Source: Candidatus Algichlamydia australiensis (GTDB taxonomy: Bacteria; Chlamydiota; Chlamydiia; Chlamydiales; JAJFMI01). From it: a DNA stretch of 64,000 nt. The notes under the pieces are model-generated. The model was not told where the DNA came from. It ran no database searches and worked only from the letters and a program-made list of their open reading frames with translations. Position numbers and translations under genes: made by a program. Where the stretch lies: assembly GCA_033977065.1 (NCBI GenBank), contig JAXCHI010000002.1, forward strand, positions 358,866 through 422,865. Direction: 5' to 3'. Positions within the stretch are counted from its first letter, which is position 1; each line of letters opens with the position of its first letter. Shown here piece after piece: positions 19,089 through 28,212 of the stretch.

Positions 19089-20543
19089 ATGAATAGAATA
19101 CAAAGGGACGTATTACAGGCGTGCTTGGTCACTCTCTCTCCTCAAGGGGTAGATCGCATACGAAATAATCTCACTTTAAAAGAGCAGGAGCTGCTTCGAG
19201 GGGGGTATTTTTTTGATTTGCCTATGCGCGAAATTGATGCAGGGCGCTTTCACTCACTTCTTCTTCATTTGAGTGGGAAACCGCAAAGATTTTCTTTAAT
19301 CGAGCGTATTAAGAGGATTTTTCACATAAATAATCCCGCAGCTATGAAACAATTTTATCACGATATAGAGAGCGGGAAGGTATTACCTATTGGTGAAATG
19401 ACCAAATTTATGATGAGCCGGAATGGGGATCCTAAAGAGGCAAAAGTTGAGAAGGAACGTCTTATAGAGCTCTACAAAGAGATGAAGAACAATCCTGATG
19501 CTTCTGAAGAAGAAAAAAGTGCTGTTTTCCAAAAAATTATTTTTTTCTCTCATCTAGAAGATTTTCCTCCAGCAAAAAACCTTATGGTTGAACTAAATTT
19601 TGACCTTGAGGATTCTATTGAAATTGAAGAAAACGAAGTAGAAAATTTCTTTGACGTTCGGGCGTATGAGCTAGAATTAAAAGACTTGAAAGAGAAAGAG
19701 TCGAGTGAAGATTTACAGAAGCAGTTACAAGACGCGATTAGCGAATTGAGAGGGTATAAGGACTCTTATGCCGAAAACGTTCGATCAAAGTACATAGAAT
19801 TTCTACTTGAAATGCGTGCAAAGGATGCAATAGTCCCTGAACGGAGTTTGTTTTCTGAAAGAGTAAGCATGAGATCGGGCGAATGGGGAAGTTTTGTCAA
19901 TCGAGTTTCTACGCGAGAAGAGAGTGTAGTCTATGCAGATGAACCTTTTGAAAGAGAAAGTAATGAAGAGGGTGAAATTGAAGGAGATCCCTTTGCAGAC
20001 TTCTCTATGGATATGATTTCGGATGGAGAAGAGGAGAGATTAATTGACATCCCTCTACCTAAAAATCAAGGGCCACCTGATGAAGACCAATCTTCTATTC
20101 GCAATTCAGCGTTTGGTCTTAATCCAAATGAATTTGTAGAGTTGAATCTTGACGATCCGCCTCAAAGTCAATTTAATCACATTTTACAGTGTGTGAAAAG
20201 TGCTGTGATGAACTTTTTTGAGCGCTTCAAAAAGCGAGAAGTCTCTTTTGATCTGAGAAGACATGAAAGTCATCTTCTTGAAGAAGAGCTTGAGGCTGAA
20301 GTGAAGCAGCCAGAAAGAGCACTAACTGAATCTGAGCAAAAATGGTCTCCAATTGAAGAGACAAAAAAGCTCTTTAAAAACACGATGGATCTTGTTGGAG
20401 TATCTTTTGCTAAAAAAGAAGAGCTCGTTGTTGATCAGAAAGAGAAGACAAAATCTCGTACCGAAACTGAGCGGCAGAGATCTTACTTAGCGAGCATAAA
20501 AGGTCTCTTTCAATCTACCTTAGCCTCTGTAGGTGGAGGGTAG
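19089..20543 (+). CDS. Acidic, helical hypothetical protein (possible secreted effector)
   Basis: 484-aa ORF, Glu-rich, AT-rich upstream promoter region, no family motif. Confidence 0.7.
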   Translation: MNRIQRDVLQACLVTLSPQGVDRIRNNLTLKEQELLRGGYFFDLPMREIDAGRFHSLLLHLSGKPQRFSLIERIKRIFHINNPAAMKQFYHDIESGKVLPIGEMTKFMMSRNGDPKEAKVEKERLIELYKEMKNNPDASEEEKSAVFQKIIFFSHLEDFPPAKNLMVELNFDLEDSIEIEENEVENFFDVRAYELELKDLKEKESSEDLQKQLQDAISELRGYKDSYAENVRSKYIEFLLEMRAKDAIVPERSLFSERVSMRSGEWGSFVNRVSTREESVVYADEPFERESNEEGEIEGDPFADFSMDMISDGEEERLIDIPLPKNQGPPDEDQSSIRNSAFGLNPNEFVELNLDDPPQSQFNHILQCVKSAVMNFFERFKKREVSFDLRRHESHLLEEELEAEVKQPERALTESEQKWSPIEETKKLFKNTMDLVGVSFAKKEELVVDQKEKTKSRTETERQRSYLASIKGLFQSTLASVGGG

Positions 20544-21744
20544 CAAATAACCCGGCAAGCGCTGCACATCCTGCTCCTACCATTAGTGGCAATCCCAATA
20601 AAAGTCCTGCAAGTTGGCCTCCAATAATTGCTGTGAAAGCCTCAGAAAAGACCATAGCAGATTGATTGAGCCCCAGCGCTTCGCCTTGTATCTCTTTTGG
20701 CGCGTTCTCAGATACACGCAGAGCTCCATAAGTGATTCCCCATGCAATTCCAAAACTGGGAGGAATAAGCGTGACTAGAAGAGCGTAGGGCGATGCGGGA
20801 ATAATTACAATAATGAGACCGATAGCAACTAAAAAAGAGGTGACAATAAAAACTCGCGAGGCAGTTAAATTTTTAAATAATCTAGCTTGGAAAAGAGGAG
20901 CTAGAGCAATCGGGATCGAGTTATAGGACATAATTTCAGCAAGCGATGAGGCGGAGTAATCGTACTTTTGAACAAGAAAGACGGGTAAGAAGCTGAAAAA
21001 GAAAAAAATCGCCATAAAGAGAAGGGTGTTGACGCCAAGAATGGGACGGAGTTGGCGGTTGCGTAGCCCTCGAAATAAAGTAGTAAAGACTTGAAAGAGT
21101 TTCAGCTCTCCTTCTCTGTTGCTGCTCGCCTTTCTTGGAAAACTTTTTAAAATATAAAAAAATGTAAAAAAGCTTACGACCGCTGCTACCCAAAAAGGAG
21201 TCGCATAAGTAAAGGAGCTGACAAGGTTGGGGTCGGACAGTTTTCCTCCCATGAAAGGGCCAATTACCCATGCGAGTGAAGAGAGGGACATAGTCCAGCT
21301 AAAGCATTTGCGCTTCTCCGCTTCAGAAGTGGCAATGTCTGCTAAAGTTGCTTGTGCAATAACAATATTTCCTTCTACGAGTCCACTTAAAAATCGAGAG
21401 AGAAAGAGTAGAAAAGGGAGAGAGTGGGTAACGGAGATAGCAGAGCCGACATAGGCTGGAATGATAGCAGCAAGCGAGTAGAGCAGTACTCGTTTACGCC
21501 CAAAATAATCGGAGAGTTTCCCGATAAGAGGACAACCTATCAGTTGCCCTATGGGATACATACTAAGCAGAAGACCCAAATAAATATTTCGAATTTCAGG
21601 GGATAAAGAGCCGACAAAAAAAATTGAATCCTCTTCTAAAAAAAGGGGAGGAAAAATGGGAAAGGTAATAGAGAAGCCGAGATAGCCTAGAAAGACTACT
21701 GTTGATATAGGGAGGATTTCCTTGAATTTCATACGGCCTACCAT
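20515..21744 (-). CDS. MFS transporter (TetA/DHA1-like)
   Basis: Motif A GKLSDYFGRK, IGPFMGG, about 12 hydrophobic segments. Confidence 0.9.
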   Translation of the reverse strand: MVGRMKFKEILPISTVVFLGYLGFSITFPIFPPLFLEEDSIFFVGSLSPEIRNIYLGLLLSMYPIGQLIGCPLIGKLSDYFGRKRVLLYSLAAIIPAYVGSAISVTHSLPFLLFLSRFLSGLVEGNIVIAQATLADIATSEAEKRKCFSWTMSLSSLAWVIGPFMGGKLSDPNLVSSFTYATPFWVAAVVSFFTFFYILKSFPRKASSNREGELKLFQVFTTLFRGLRNRQLRPILGVNTLLFMAIFFFFSFLPVFLVQKYDYSASSLAEIMSYNSIPIALAPLFQARLFKNLTASRVFIVTSFLVAIGLIIVIIPASPYALLVTLIPPSFGIAWGITYGALRVSENAPKEIQGEALGLNQSAMVFSEAFTAIIGGQLAGLLLGLPLMVGAGCAALAGLFATLHLQRLR

Positions 21745-21779
21745 TATACTAAAGATGAAGAATTTTTGCTGGATCTCTT

Positions 21780-22220
21780 ATGACAACATCTACAACAATT
21801 GACAATCTGCCCAAAACCGAGCATCTGCGATATGCAGAAGAGCAGATTGAATTTGATCCTAAGTTTATTCAAGAAGCTTTTATTGGAGGCTTAGCAGCCG
21901 CTCCTGAGATTACCAATGGGTATAAACCTCTTTTGGATCTGTTGCTTGGATTTCATAAGACAAATGCTCCTTTTGCACACTTTGCCGAGCCGCCCGTTTT
22001 ACGTAAGCGGAAAAAACACAGGCGTAAACTCTTTTCTCGTAGAGGAATTTTAGCTGATATCGATAGTGAGGATCTCCCTGAAGATATGGAGGGGTTTGAG
22101 CTCTCTGATGGTTCAACCCGAGATAGGGAGCTTTTGGAGGCTTTTTTAAAAGATTTGCGGTACATAGATGCGCTGGTATTGGAGGCCTATGGTAAGATAG
22201 ACCGCCTCCAAATGGGGTGA
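21780..22220 (+). CDS. Chlamydial conserved hypothetical protein (DUF5399-like)
   Basis: N-terminal TIDNL...RYA and FAHFAEPP...RKLFS pattern recalled from chlamydial proteins; family call unverified. Confidence 0.5.
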   Translation: MTTSTTIDNLPKTEHLRYAEEQIEFDPKFIQEAFIGGLAAAPEITNGYKPLLDLLLGFHKTNAPFAHFAEPPVLRKRKKHRRKLFSRRGILADIDSEDLPEDMEGFELSDGSTRDRELLEAFLKDLRYIDALVLEAYGKIDRLQMG

Positions 22221-22245
22221 GGTGCAAATTTCCAGGGCTAAAGTT

Positions 22246-22351
22246 TTTCGGCTCCATCTCGCTGCGCCAAATCGCAATTCAGCCGCCAAGCCGTGTTAGT
22301 TCACACTTTCATGGCGGCTGAATTGCGATTTTGCTTTGCGAGATAAAGCCG
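22246..22351. repeat. Long hairpin / palindromic element
   Basis: Perfect 20-bp IR AAATCGCAATTCAGCCGCCA (22269-22288) / TGGCGGCTGAATTGCGATTT (22312-22331) with outer imperfect pairing. Confidence 0.8.
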
Positions 22352-22435
22352 CTAGGCCGCTTCGCGCATCATTAGATTTTTTATGAAAAAACCGTGAACT
22401 AACTTTGACGCATAAGGAGTCGCTGAACAGCTGCT

Positions 22436-22556
22436 CTTTTCGATAAAATATCAAAAATTGAGAAAAAATTTTTTTTGGAGAACGGAGCTAGCTTAGCAAA
22501 AGCTAGCGAGTTCGAAAAAGAAATTTGAGCCAATTTTTGGTGTTTTAGTGGAAAGT
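22436..22556. repeat. Second long imperfect hairpin element
   Basis: TAAAATATCAAAAATTG pairs with CAATTTTTGGTGTTTTA (G-U wobbles on + strand); apex GCTAGCT-TAGCAAA-AGCTAGC. Confidence 0.65.
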
Positions 22557-22560
22557 CTGA

Positions 22561-22800
22561 TCAGTGACGCATCAGGTCACGGTGCATCTCTTTCATCTTT
22601 CTGAGATGCTTGTCCATCATTCGACGCATGTCCGATGCAATGGCGCGAAGAATTTGCTTGCAAATTCTTTTGTTAATTTCGCCCTCTTCAAGCTCTTCGC
22701 AGCCTTTCAAAAAGTTTTCTCTACCGTGGTCAGAGAAGATGCTCATCTTCTCCTTGACCTCATTAGGAAGTGGAGGCTGTGACAGCGGGGTAGTCGTCAT
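22561..22800 (-). CDS. Small hypothetical protein downstream of the secretin
   Basis: 79-aa ORF with GAGGAG RBS upstream; overlaps the secretin 3' end. Confidence 0.55.
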   Translation of the reverse strand: MTTTPLSQPPLPNEVKEKMSIFSDHGRENFLKGCEELEEGEINKRICKQILRAIASDMRRMMDKHLRKMKEMHRDLMRH

Positions 22801-24304
22801 AATCTGGTTTCTCCTCTTCGTAGTACTCTAGAGTTTGCTCAAGTTGAGAATTTTTTCGGTTGAAGTTATGGATTAACTCTTGCTGCGCAGTTACTCTTTC
22901 ATGCTCTTGAGCCGTGTGGATGATTTGTGGGCGCACAAAGATAAGAAGATTGCGCTTTTTCTCTTCTGTTACTGTTCTAGAGAAGGCGCGGCCGATCACA
23001 GGAAGTCCTCCAAGGCAGGGGAGTCCCGATTTACTTTTTACTTTATTTGTACGTGCCATTCCAGAGACAACAAGGAAGCATTTATCTGGTACGCATGTGC
23101 TTGTAACCATGTTTGCTTCTGATGTCTGTACTCCAGAGCCTGATATAGATGTTGGACTCGCTTGAGAAACGTCTTGAATGATATCTAGGGAAATAACATC
23201 GTCGTCGCCCAGTTTTGGCTTAATCTCAAGAGATACACCTACTTTTTTATATTCAATATTTGAAGTAGTCTGCTGTGTACTTCCTATGGTCTGTGTTGTT
23301 GCTCCATTAAAAGGGATATTTTCCCCTTGGAAAACACGAGATGATCTGTTGTCTTGCGCCAAGATCTTTTGATTGAGAATAATGCTTGTATCAGACTCAG
23401 TTTGCAGCGCAGAAACAAGAGATCCAATAGAGAGGAAGGACTTTCCTTTATGAAAGATGAGATCACCAATAATACTTAGATCAAAACCTTTTCCGAAAGG
23501 AATGGATCTGCTACCACTTGCATGAGAGTTGCTGAAACCGGGGACACCGGAAGAGGAGCTTCCACTTCCTGAATATTTTCCATGACCCATTTTAGCACTC
23601 CACTCAAGTCCAAAGTCGAGGCTGTTGTTGAGGTCTGTCTCAATAACTAAGACCTCAATAAATACTTGTTTTAAAGGTATATCAAGCGTTTTGACGAGAT
23701 TGATGAGCTGGTTTGTTGTATCAACGTCACCTTTAAAGAGTAGTGAATTTGTCGATTTCACATATTGCATATTGCGAATAGCTTTTGCAAGTTCGGGTGA
23801 ACTCGCGTCATTGGCAAATTGCTTGATTGCTTCTTGGATCTCATGCCCGTCATGATATTGCAATTTGTAGGTGTGAAAGGAGTCTTCCCCATAAAAGCCG
23901 CAGGCTTGTGAGGGATCTGTACCATGGATGGCTTGTGAAATTCTTGCTAATTTTGCACGATGCTTTTCTCTTTGGTAGAAGGCTTTTTCCTCTTCAGTCA
24001 TGCGGCAGATGGCGAGATACCCTTCGACGCCTGTTGTCTCAATTTGATAGCCGTGCTGAAAAAGAATATTGCTAAGAGCTGCTAAGATATCGCTCTTACT
24101 GCTTCCTTTTCCCGAAACAAGTGTGACTCTAAAATTAAGATCACCCTCATTATAAGCAAAGTTTACGTTACAAATACGGCTGACAAAGTGGAGGAATTCA
24201 CCTGCTGCAACATTATTAAAGTTAATGCGATGAACGGGGCCCTCTTCACTAAATAGCGAGAGAGGAATGAGTAGAAAAAGAAACTTTTGAAACAGCCTTT
24301 TCAT
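22763..24304 (-). CDS. Secretin (type II/III secretion outer-membrane ring; short CdsC/GspD-like paralog)
   Basis: Signal peptide, N0 INFNNV...FVSRI, QVFIEVLVIE, DFGLEW, GLPCLGGLPVIGRAF, LLIFVRPQII. Confidence 0.88.
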   Translation of the reverse strand: MKRLFQKFLFLLIPLSLFSEEGPVHRINFNNVAAGEFLHFVSRICNVNFAYNEGDLNFRVTLVSGKGSSKSDILAALSNILFQHGYQIETTGVEGYLAICRMTEEEKAFYQREKHRAKLARISQAIHGTDPSQACGFYGEDSFHTYKLQYHDGHEIQEAIKQFANDASSPELAKAIRNMQYVKSTNSLLFKGDVDTTNQLINLVKTLDIPLKQVFIEVLVIETDLNNSLDFGLEWSAKMGHGKYSGSGSSSSGVPGFSNSHASGSRSIPFGKGFDLSIIGDLIFHKGKSFLSIGSLVSALQTESDTSIILNQKILAQDNRSSRVFQGENIPFNGATTQTIGSTQQTTSNIEYKKVGVSLEIKPKLGDDDVISLDIIQDVSQASPTSISGSGVQTSEANMVTSTCVPDKCFLVVSGMARTNKVKSKSGLPCLGGLPVIGRAFSRTVTEEKKRNLLIFVRPQIIHTAQEHERVTAQQELIHNFNRKNSQLEQTLEYYEEEKPDYDDYPAVTASTS

Positions 24305-24362
24305 GTTATTGCCAACCCTTTATGATGACAATTCTAACAGATGAAAAAGATCTTGTATAGCT

Positions 24363-26219
24363 CTATTTTTTTATTTCAAAAGTTTTTGTATAAAAATTGT
24401 ATTCCTCTTCAAGCGCTCGCATGATGTTTTCACTTTTGCGAAAACCGTGCTGTTCACCTTCAAAAAGAATGTACTTGTAAGGAGTTCCGTTCTTTTCAAG
24501 TGCGTCAGCAACAGCTTCTGCTTGGTTAGGAGGAACAATTTTGTCTTCATCACCTTGCAAAATTAGCAAGGGTGTCTGCAGCTCATCTACTCTGTGGATA
24601 GGAGAGCGTTCACGATAGAGCTCTTTTTTTTCAGGGTAGGGACCGATTAAGTTGTGATTGTAAAAATGTTCAAATTTATGGTTGCATGCGTCTAGAAGTT
24701 CCAAGTCGCAGATACCAAAAAGAGAGCATCCAGCATGGAAATAGTTCTCAAAAGTTAAGGCTGCTATTGTTGTATAGCCTCCTGCGCTGCCTCCACGAAT
24801 AGCGAGGCGATTTTCATCCGCTAAGCCTTGGTTAACTAAATATTTGGCTCCTGCAATCGCATCTTGGACATCTACAATGCCCCAATTTCCATTAAGACGT
24901 TTGCGGTATTCACGTCCATAGCCTGTACTTCCACCGTAGTTCACATCGAGAACAGCGTAGCCACGAGTTGTCCAAAATTGTGTAACTAAACTAAAAATTG
25001 CGGGAGTCATCGAGGTAGGACCGCCGTGTATCCTTACGATAAGAGGGGGTTTCTCGTTTTGAGGCGCTTTAAAATTAGGATTTTTAGGGGCATAGTAGAA
25101 GCCGTAGGCCTCCTTTCCTCCAGCAGTTGGGAAGGCAATAGATTGGGGAATAGAGACGCTTTCATCTTTTAGGACGTTTTCTTTACTTACTTGGAGTCTT
25201 TCGGTCTTTTTTGTCTCTTTATCATACAGATAAAGTGCTGCAGGATTTGTTGGTCCAGCTCCTATAAATGCAATTTTTTCGCCCACTTTATGTAGGTTGC
25301 TGTAGTAGGTGTAGGGCAGGTCAAGATCAATAAGAGTTTTTGTTTCTGGGTTGAAAATAGCGAGGTGATCCTCTCCTTTGACTGTGTAAATAGCAATGAT
25401 TGAGTCTTCGTCAAAAATGAGACGTGAGGCTCCAAAAATCCACTGCGGCTCTCCAAAGTCTCCCTGGATATGAGTTGTGAGTGGCTCTATTTCTCCACTA
25501 TCATAGCAATACAAGCTCCAAAAACCCTCTTTGTCATCTGTATAGTAGAGTTTTCCATCAGGTCCCCATTTAGGTAGAGCAATAGAGGAATTTTCACCAG
25601 CAATGATCTGATCATTTCCAGCAAAGTCGTTGAGGTGTAGCTCTGTTGCGTCCCAGGGAAGATTGGGATGGTTCCACGCAAGATAGGAAAACTGCTCTCC
25701 ATCAGGACTGATTCCAATACAAGAGTAAAAATCGTGGCCCTCAATCAGTTTTTTTGGTTCTGATCCTCCCTCAAGAGCAACAGATACAATGTAATTTTCA
25801 ATTTCATCGCTGTGTTCTTCACAGATAGCGTAGACCGTTCCTCGTTTTAAGTCGATTACTGGCTCTGCATAGCGGCGATTGTCTGTTGGAGTCAGTTGTT
25901 TGACGTTGCCATTCTGATCGAGGTGATATAGAGATTGTGTTTTGTCATCAATAAAGACAATATGGTTGCCAGCAGCAGTATAGGCGCCTCCTCCATACTC
26001 ATGAACACGCGTGCGTACATTGACATCGCTTAAAAGTTCCTCTTTTCCTTTTGGAGAGTAGCGCATAAGGGCATTACGTCCCTTTTCTTGCGGCCTTCCT
26101 TCTAGCCAGTAAAGATACTCTCCATCAGAAACAACTGTTCCCAAACGAAGGGCTTTTTCAACTACTACTTCTGCTGAGACTGGGCTGTCCCACGCGCCAT
26201 ATGAGATGTCAATATTCAT
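24363..26219 (-). CDS. S9 family peptidase (prolyl oligopeptidase / acylaminoacyl peptidase)
   Basis: YGAWDSP, HEYGGG, HGGPT, GGSAGG, QGDEDKIV, EQHGF. Confidence 0.92.
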   Translation of the reverse strand: MNIDISYGAWDSPVSAEVVVEKALRLGTVVSDGEYLYWLEGRPQEKGRNALMRYSPKGKEELLSDVNVRTRVHEYGGGAYTAAGNHIVFIDDKTQSLYHLDQNGNVKQLTPTDNRRYAEPVIDLKRGTVYAICEEHSDEIENYIVSVALEGGSEPKKLIEGHDFYSCIGISPDGEQFSYLAWNHPNLPWDATELHLNDFAGNDQIIAGENSSIALPKWGPDGKLYYTDDKEGFWSLYCYDSGEIEPLTTHIQGDFGEPQWIFGASRLIFDEDSIIAIYTVKGEDHLAIFNPETKTLIDLDLPYTYYSNLHKVGEKIAFIGAGPTNPAALYLYDKETKKTERLQVSKENVLKDESVSIPQSIAFPTAGGKEAYGFYYAPKNPNFKAPQNEKPPLIVRIHGGPTSMTPAIFSLVTQFWTTRGYAVLDVNYGGSTGYGREYRKRLNGNWGIVDVQDAIAGAKYLVNQGLADENRLAIRGGSAGGYTTIAALTFENYFHAGCSLFGICDLELLDACNHKFEHFYNHNLIGPYPEKKELYRERSPIHRVDELQTPLLILQGDEDKIVPPNQAEAVADALEKNGTPYKYILFEGEQHGFRKSENIMRALEEEYNFYTKTFEIKK

Positions 26220-26244
26220 GCATCAATATTTACAATTTTTTGTT

Positions 26245-26685
26245 TTAAAGATCAAGAAGCAGATGAGAAAGGTCGGCAGCAATTAGACCGGCAAGGGAGT
26301 AGAGAAAGATTTCTCGATGCGCTTTGATAAAACTGACAAAGGGTTGGTGTCCCATATTCAAAATGTAAAAGATGGCGAGTATAATGAGTGCAAGCCAAAT
26401 CACACGTGTTATAGTCCCTAAAATTGGCATGTGTGAAAGACCACGATGACGAAAGAGACGGCTGTATGGACGAAAGGGGAGAGTTAACAGCCCACGCAGA
26501 GAGCCCACTTTGATCTGGTAAGCCAAATCGAGATCGGGGCTTAAAAAGAGCGTGCCATATGAAAAGATGGCTCCAAATGCGATGAGGGGAATGGGTTCTA
26601 AGTGCAGGTAGTAGTAGCCGCCTGCTAAAAACAGCGGTAGAGCAATAAGTAAATTAAAGGTGGAATGTGTACGATAGTTAGCCAT
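26245..26685 (-). CDS. Putative metal-binding membrane protein (DUF2227-like)
   Basis: YRTHS, LSPDLD, HRGLSH and SHLLLD motifs with hydrophobic segments. Confidence 0.75.
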   Translation of the reverse strand: MANYRTHSTFNLLIALPLFLAGGYYYLHLEPIPLIAFGAIFSYGTLFLSPDLDLAYQIKVGSLRGLLTLPFRPYSRLFRHRGLSHMPILGTITRVIWLALIILAIFYILNMGHQPFVSFIKAHREIFLYSLAGLIAADLSHLLLDL

Positions 26686-27397
26686 GAATCATTAAATCTT
26701 TTGTTGCTTCATAAATCTCTTTTTCTACGTCAAATTCCTCATTTGTCAAGGAGAATTCTCCAATATCAATTTCAAAAATTTCTCCTTCGATGACTCCGAG
26801 ATTGCGCTCACAGTTATTATCCGCATCATGGATTCCTTTATCAATTCGATTTTGAATAAAGATTTTAAGTTTAGCAAGCATTTTTTGGCGCACTTCTTCT
26901 GGTTTATCTTCGAGATAAGCGAGAAGAGGGGTACCCTGACGCTGGATCAGAAACTCTGCTTGGTCCAGATCAAGTGTAAAAGGTCTATGAAAGTTATCTG
27001 TGAGGTGAAGCTTTCTCTTTAAGTGTTGGCTTTTGGTAAGGTGAAGATAGAGAAGTTGCGTCTCTTCTCTTAGCCTTTCGTAAGCAATTTTATAACTTGA
27101 AAAGGTTTTTTTACGAAGCTCGTCTCGTCTCTTTTTTGGTCTAAGACCGGTTGTATCCATATGTTTTTGTTTAAAAAACTTGATTACATATTGCTCATCA
27201 TCTGATGAGAAGACGTAGCACTCTTTTCCACTGGCAAGATAGTGGTAGGATTGAGAAAGAATCTGGTTGAGCTTATCTGCGGGAAGATCTGTAGCAACGT
27301 CCCACTCCTCTTGGTAGGGATGGTGCGATTCGATTTTATGCACAGTAAACCCTTTCATTTGCAAAAGAGAGAGAGTAAAGAGAAAAAAAAAGTTCAT
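26678..27397 (-). CDS. Kinase-like family protein, paralog 4
   Basis: YLASGKECYVF...YVIKFFK; GIHDADNNCERNLG; EIDIG; hydrophobic N-terminus. Confidence 0.65.
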   Translation of the reverse strand: MNFFFLFTLSLLQMKGFTVHKIESHHPYQEEWDVATDLPADKLNQILSQSYHYLASGKECYVFSSDDEQYVIKFFKQKHMDTTGLRPKKRRDELRKKTFSSYKIAYERLREETQLLYLHLTKSQHLKRKLHLTDNFHRPFTLDLDQAEFLIQRQGTPLLAYLEDKPEEVRQKMLAKLKIFIQNRIDKGIHDADNNCERNLGVIEGEIFEIDIGEFSLTNEEFDVEKEIYEATKDLMIHG

Positions 27398-28212
27398 GTG
27401 GATTTTACAATTTGATCGATGCGTCTTTTGATTTGTTGCGATAATTCCGGAGCGTATGTCGAAACAAAATCGAGAATTTGGGCGGAGACTTCTTGGAGTT
27501 CTTTTTGGATATTTACAGGCAGGGCACTCTCAGAATCAATTGCAAAATCTCCAATATCGATTTCAATTGCTCTATTTCCAATAAAGCCATAATTTTTAAA
27601 GAGCTGTCTGTCATGGTCACTAATGCCTTTTTTGGCACGTGTCTTAATGAGCTCTAAGTAAGAACAGAGTGCAGAGAGCGCTCTCTCTTTCTGTTTTTTT
27701 TCTAGTAATTCTTCTATGTAGGCAAAGCCCACTTTTGCTCTTCTTTGCAGTAGAAACTCAAATTTGTCAGCATTAAGTGTATGAGTTTTCTTATGTTGGT
27801 CAATAATGGTGATAAATTTTTTAAGGTGGCTTGTCTTAGTCAAATGAAGATAGAGTGTGCCTGTGAGCTCAGGTAGAGTTTCGTAGGCGATCTTGTAACT
27901 ATTATACGATTTATTCCTCTCTTTTATGCGACGCTCTTTCTTCTCTTTTGAAAGGGGAAGAAGGGAGTGTGTGCGCATGTGTTTTTGCTTAAAAAATTTA
28001 AGAACATACTCTCCATCTTCAGATGCGAAAGCATAGGTGTGATTGCCGCTACCAAGGTAGGTAAATGGTTGAGAGAGGATTTCTTGAAGGAAAGCGTCAT
28101 CACCTTCTGTTACCCACTCTTGTTGTTTTGGGTGTTTTGAAGAAATTTTTTTTATGGAAAACCCCTGTTCTCTCATGGAAAAAAGGAGCATAAATAAGAT
28201 AAATTTAGTCAT
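27394..28212 (-). CDS. Kinase-like family protein, paralog 3
   Basis: YLGSGNHTYAF...YVLKFFK; GISDHDRQLFKNYG; EIDIG; hydrophobic N-terminus. Confidence 0.65.
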   Translation of the reverse strand: MTKFILFMLLFSMREQGFSIKKISSKHPKQQEWVTEGDDAFLQEILSQPFTYLGSGNHTYAFASEDGEYVLKFFKQKHMRTHSLLPLSKEKKERRIKERNKSYNSYKIAYETLPELTGTLYLHLTKTSHLKKFITIIDQHKKTHTLNADKFEFLLQRRAKVGFAYIEELLEKKQKERALSALCSYLELIKTRAKKGISDHDRQLFKNYGFIGNRAIEIDIGDFAIDSESALPVNIQKELQEVSAQILDFVSTYAPELSQQIKRRIDQIVKST

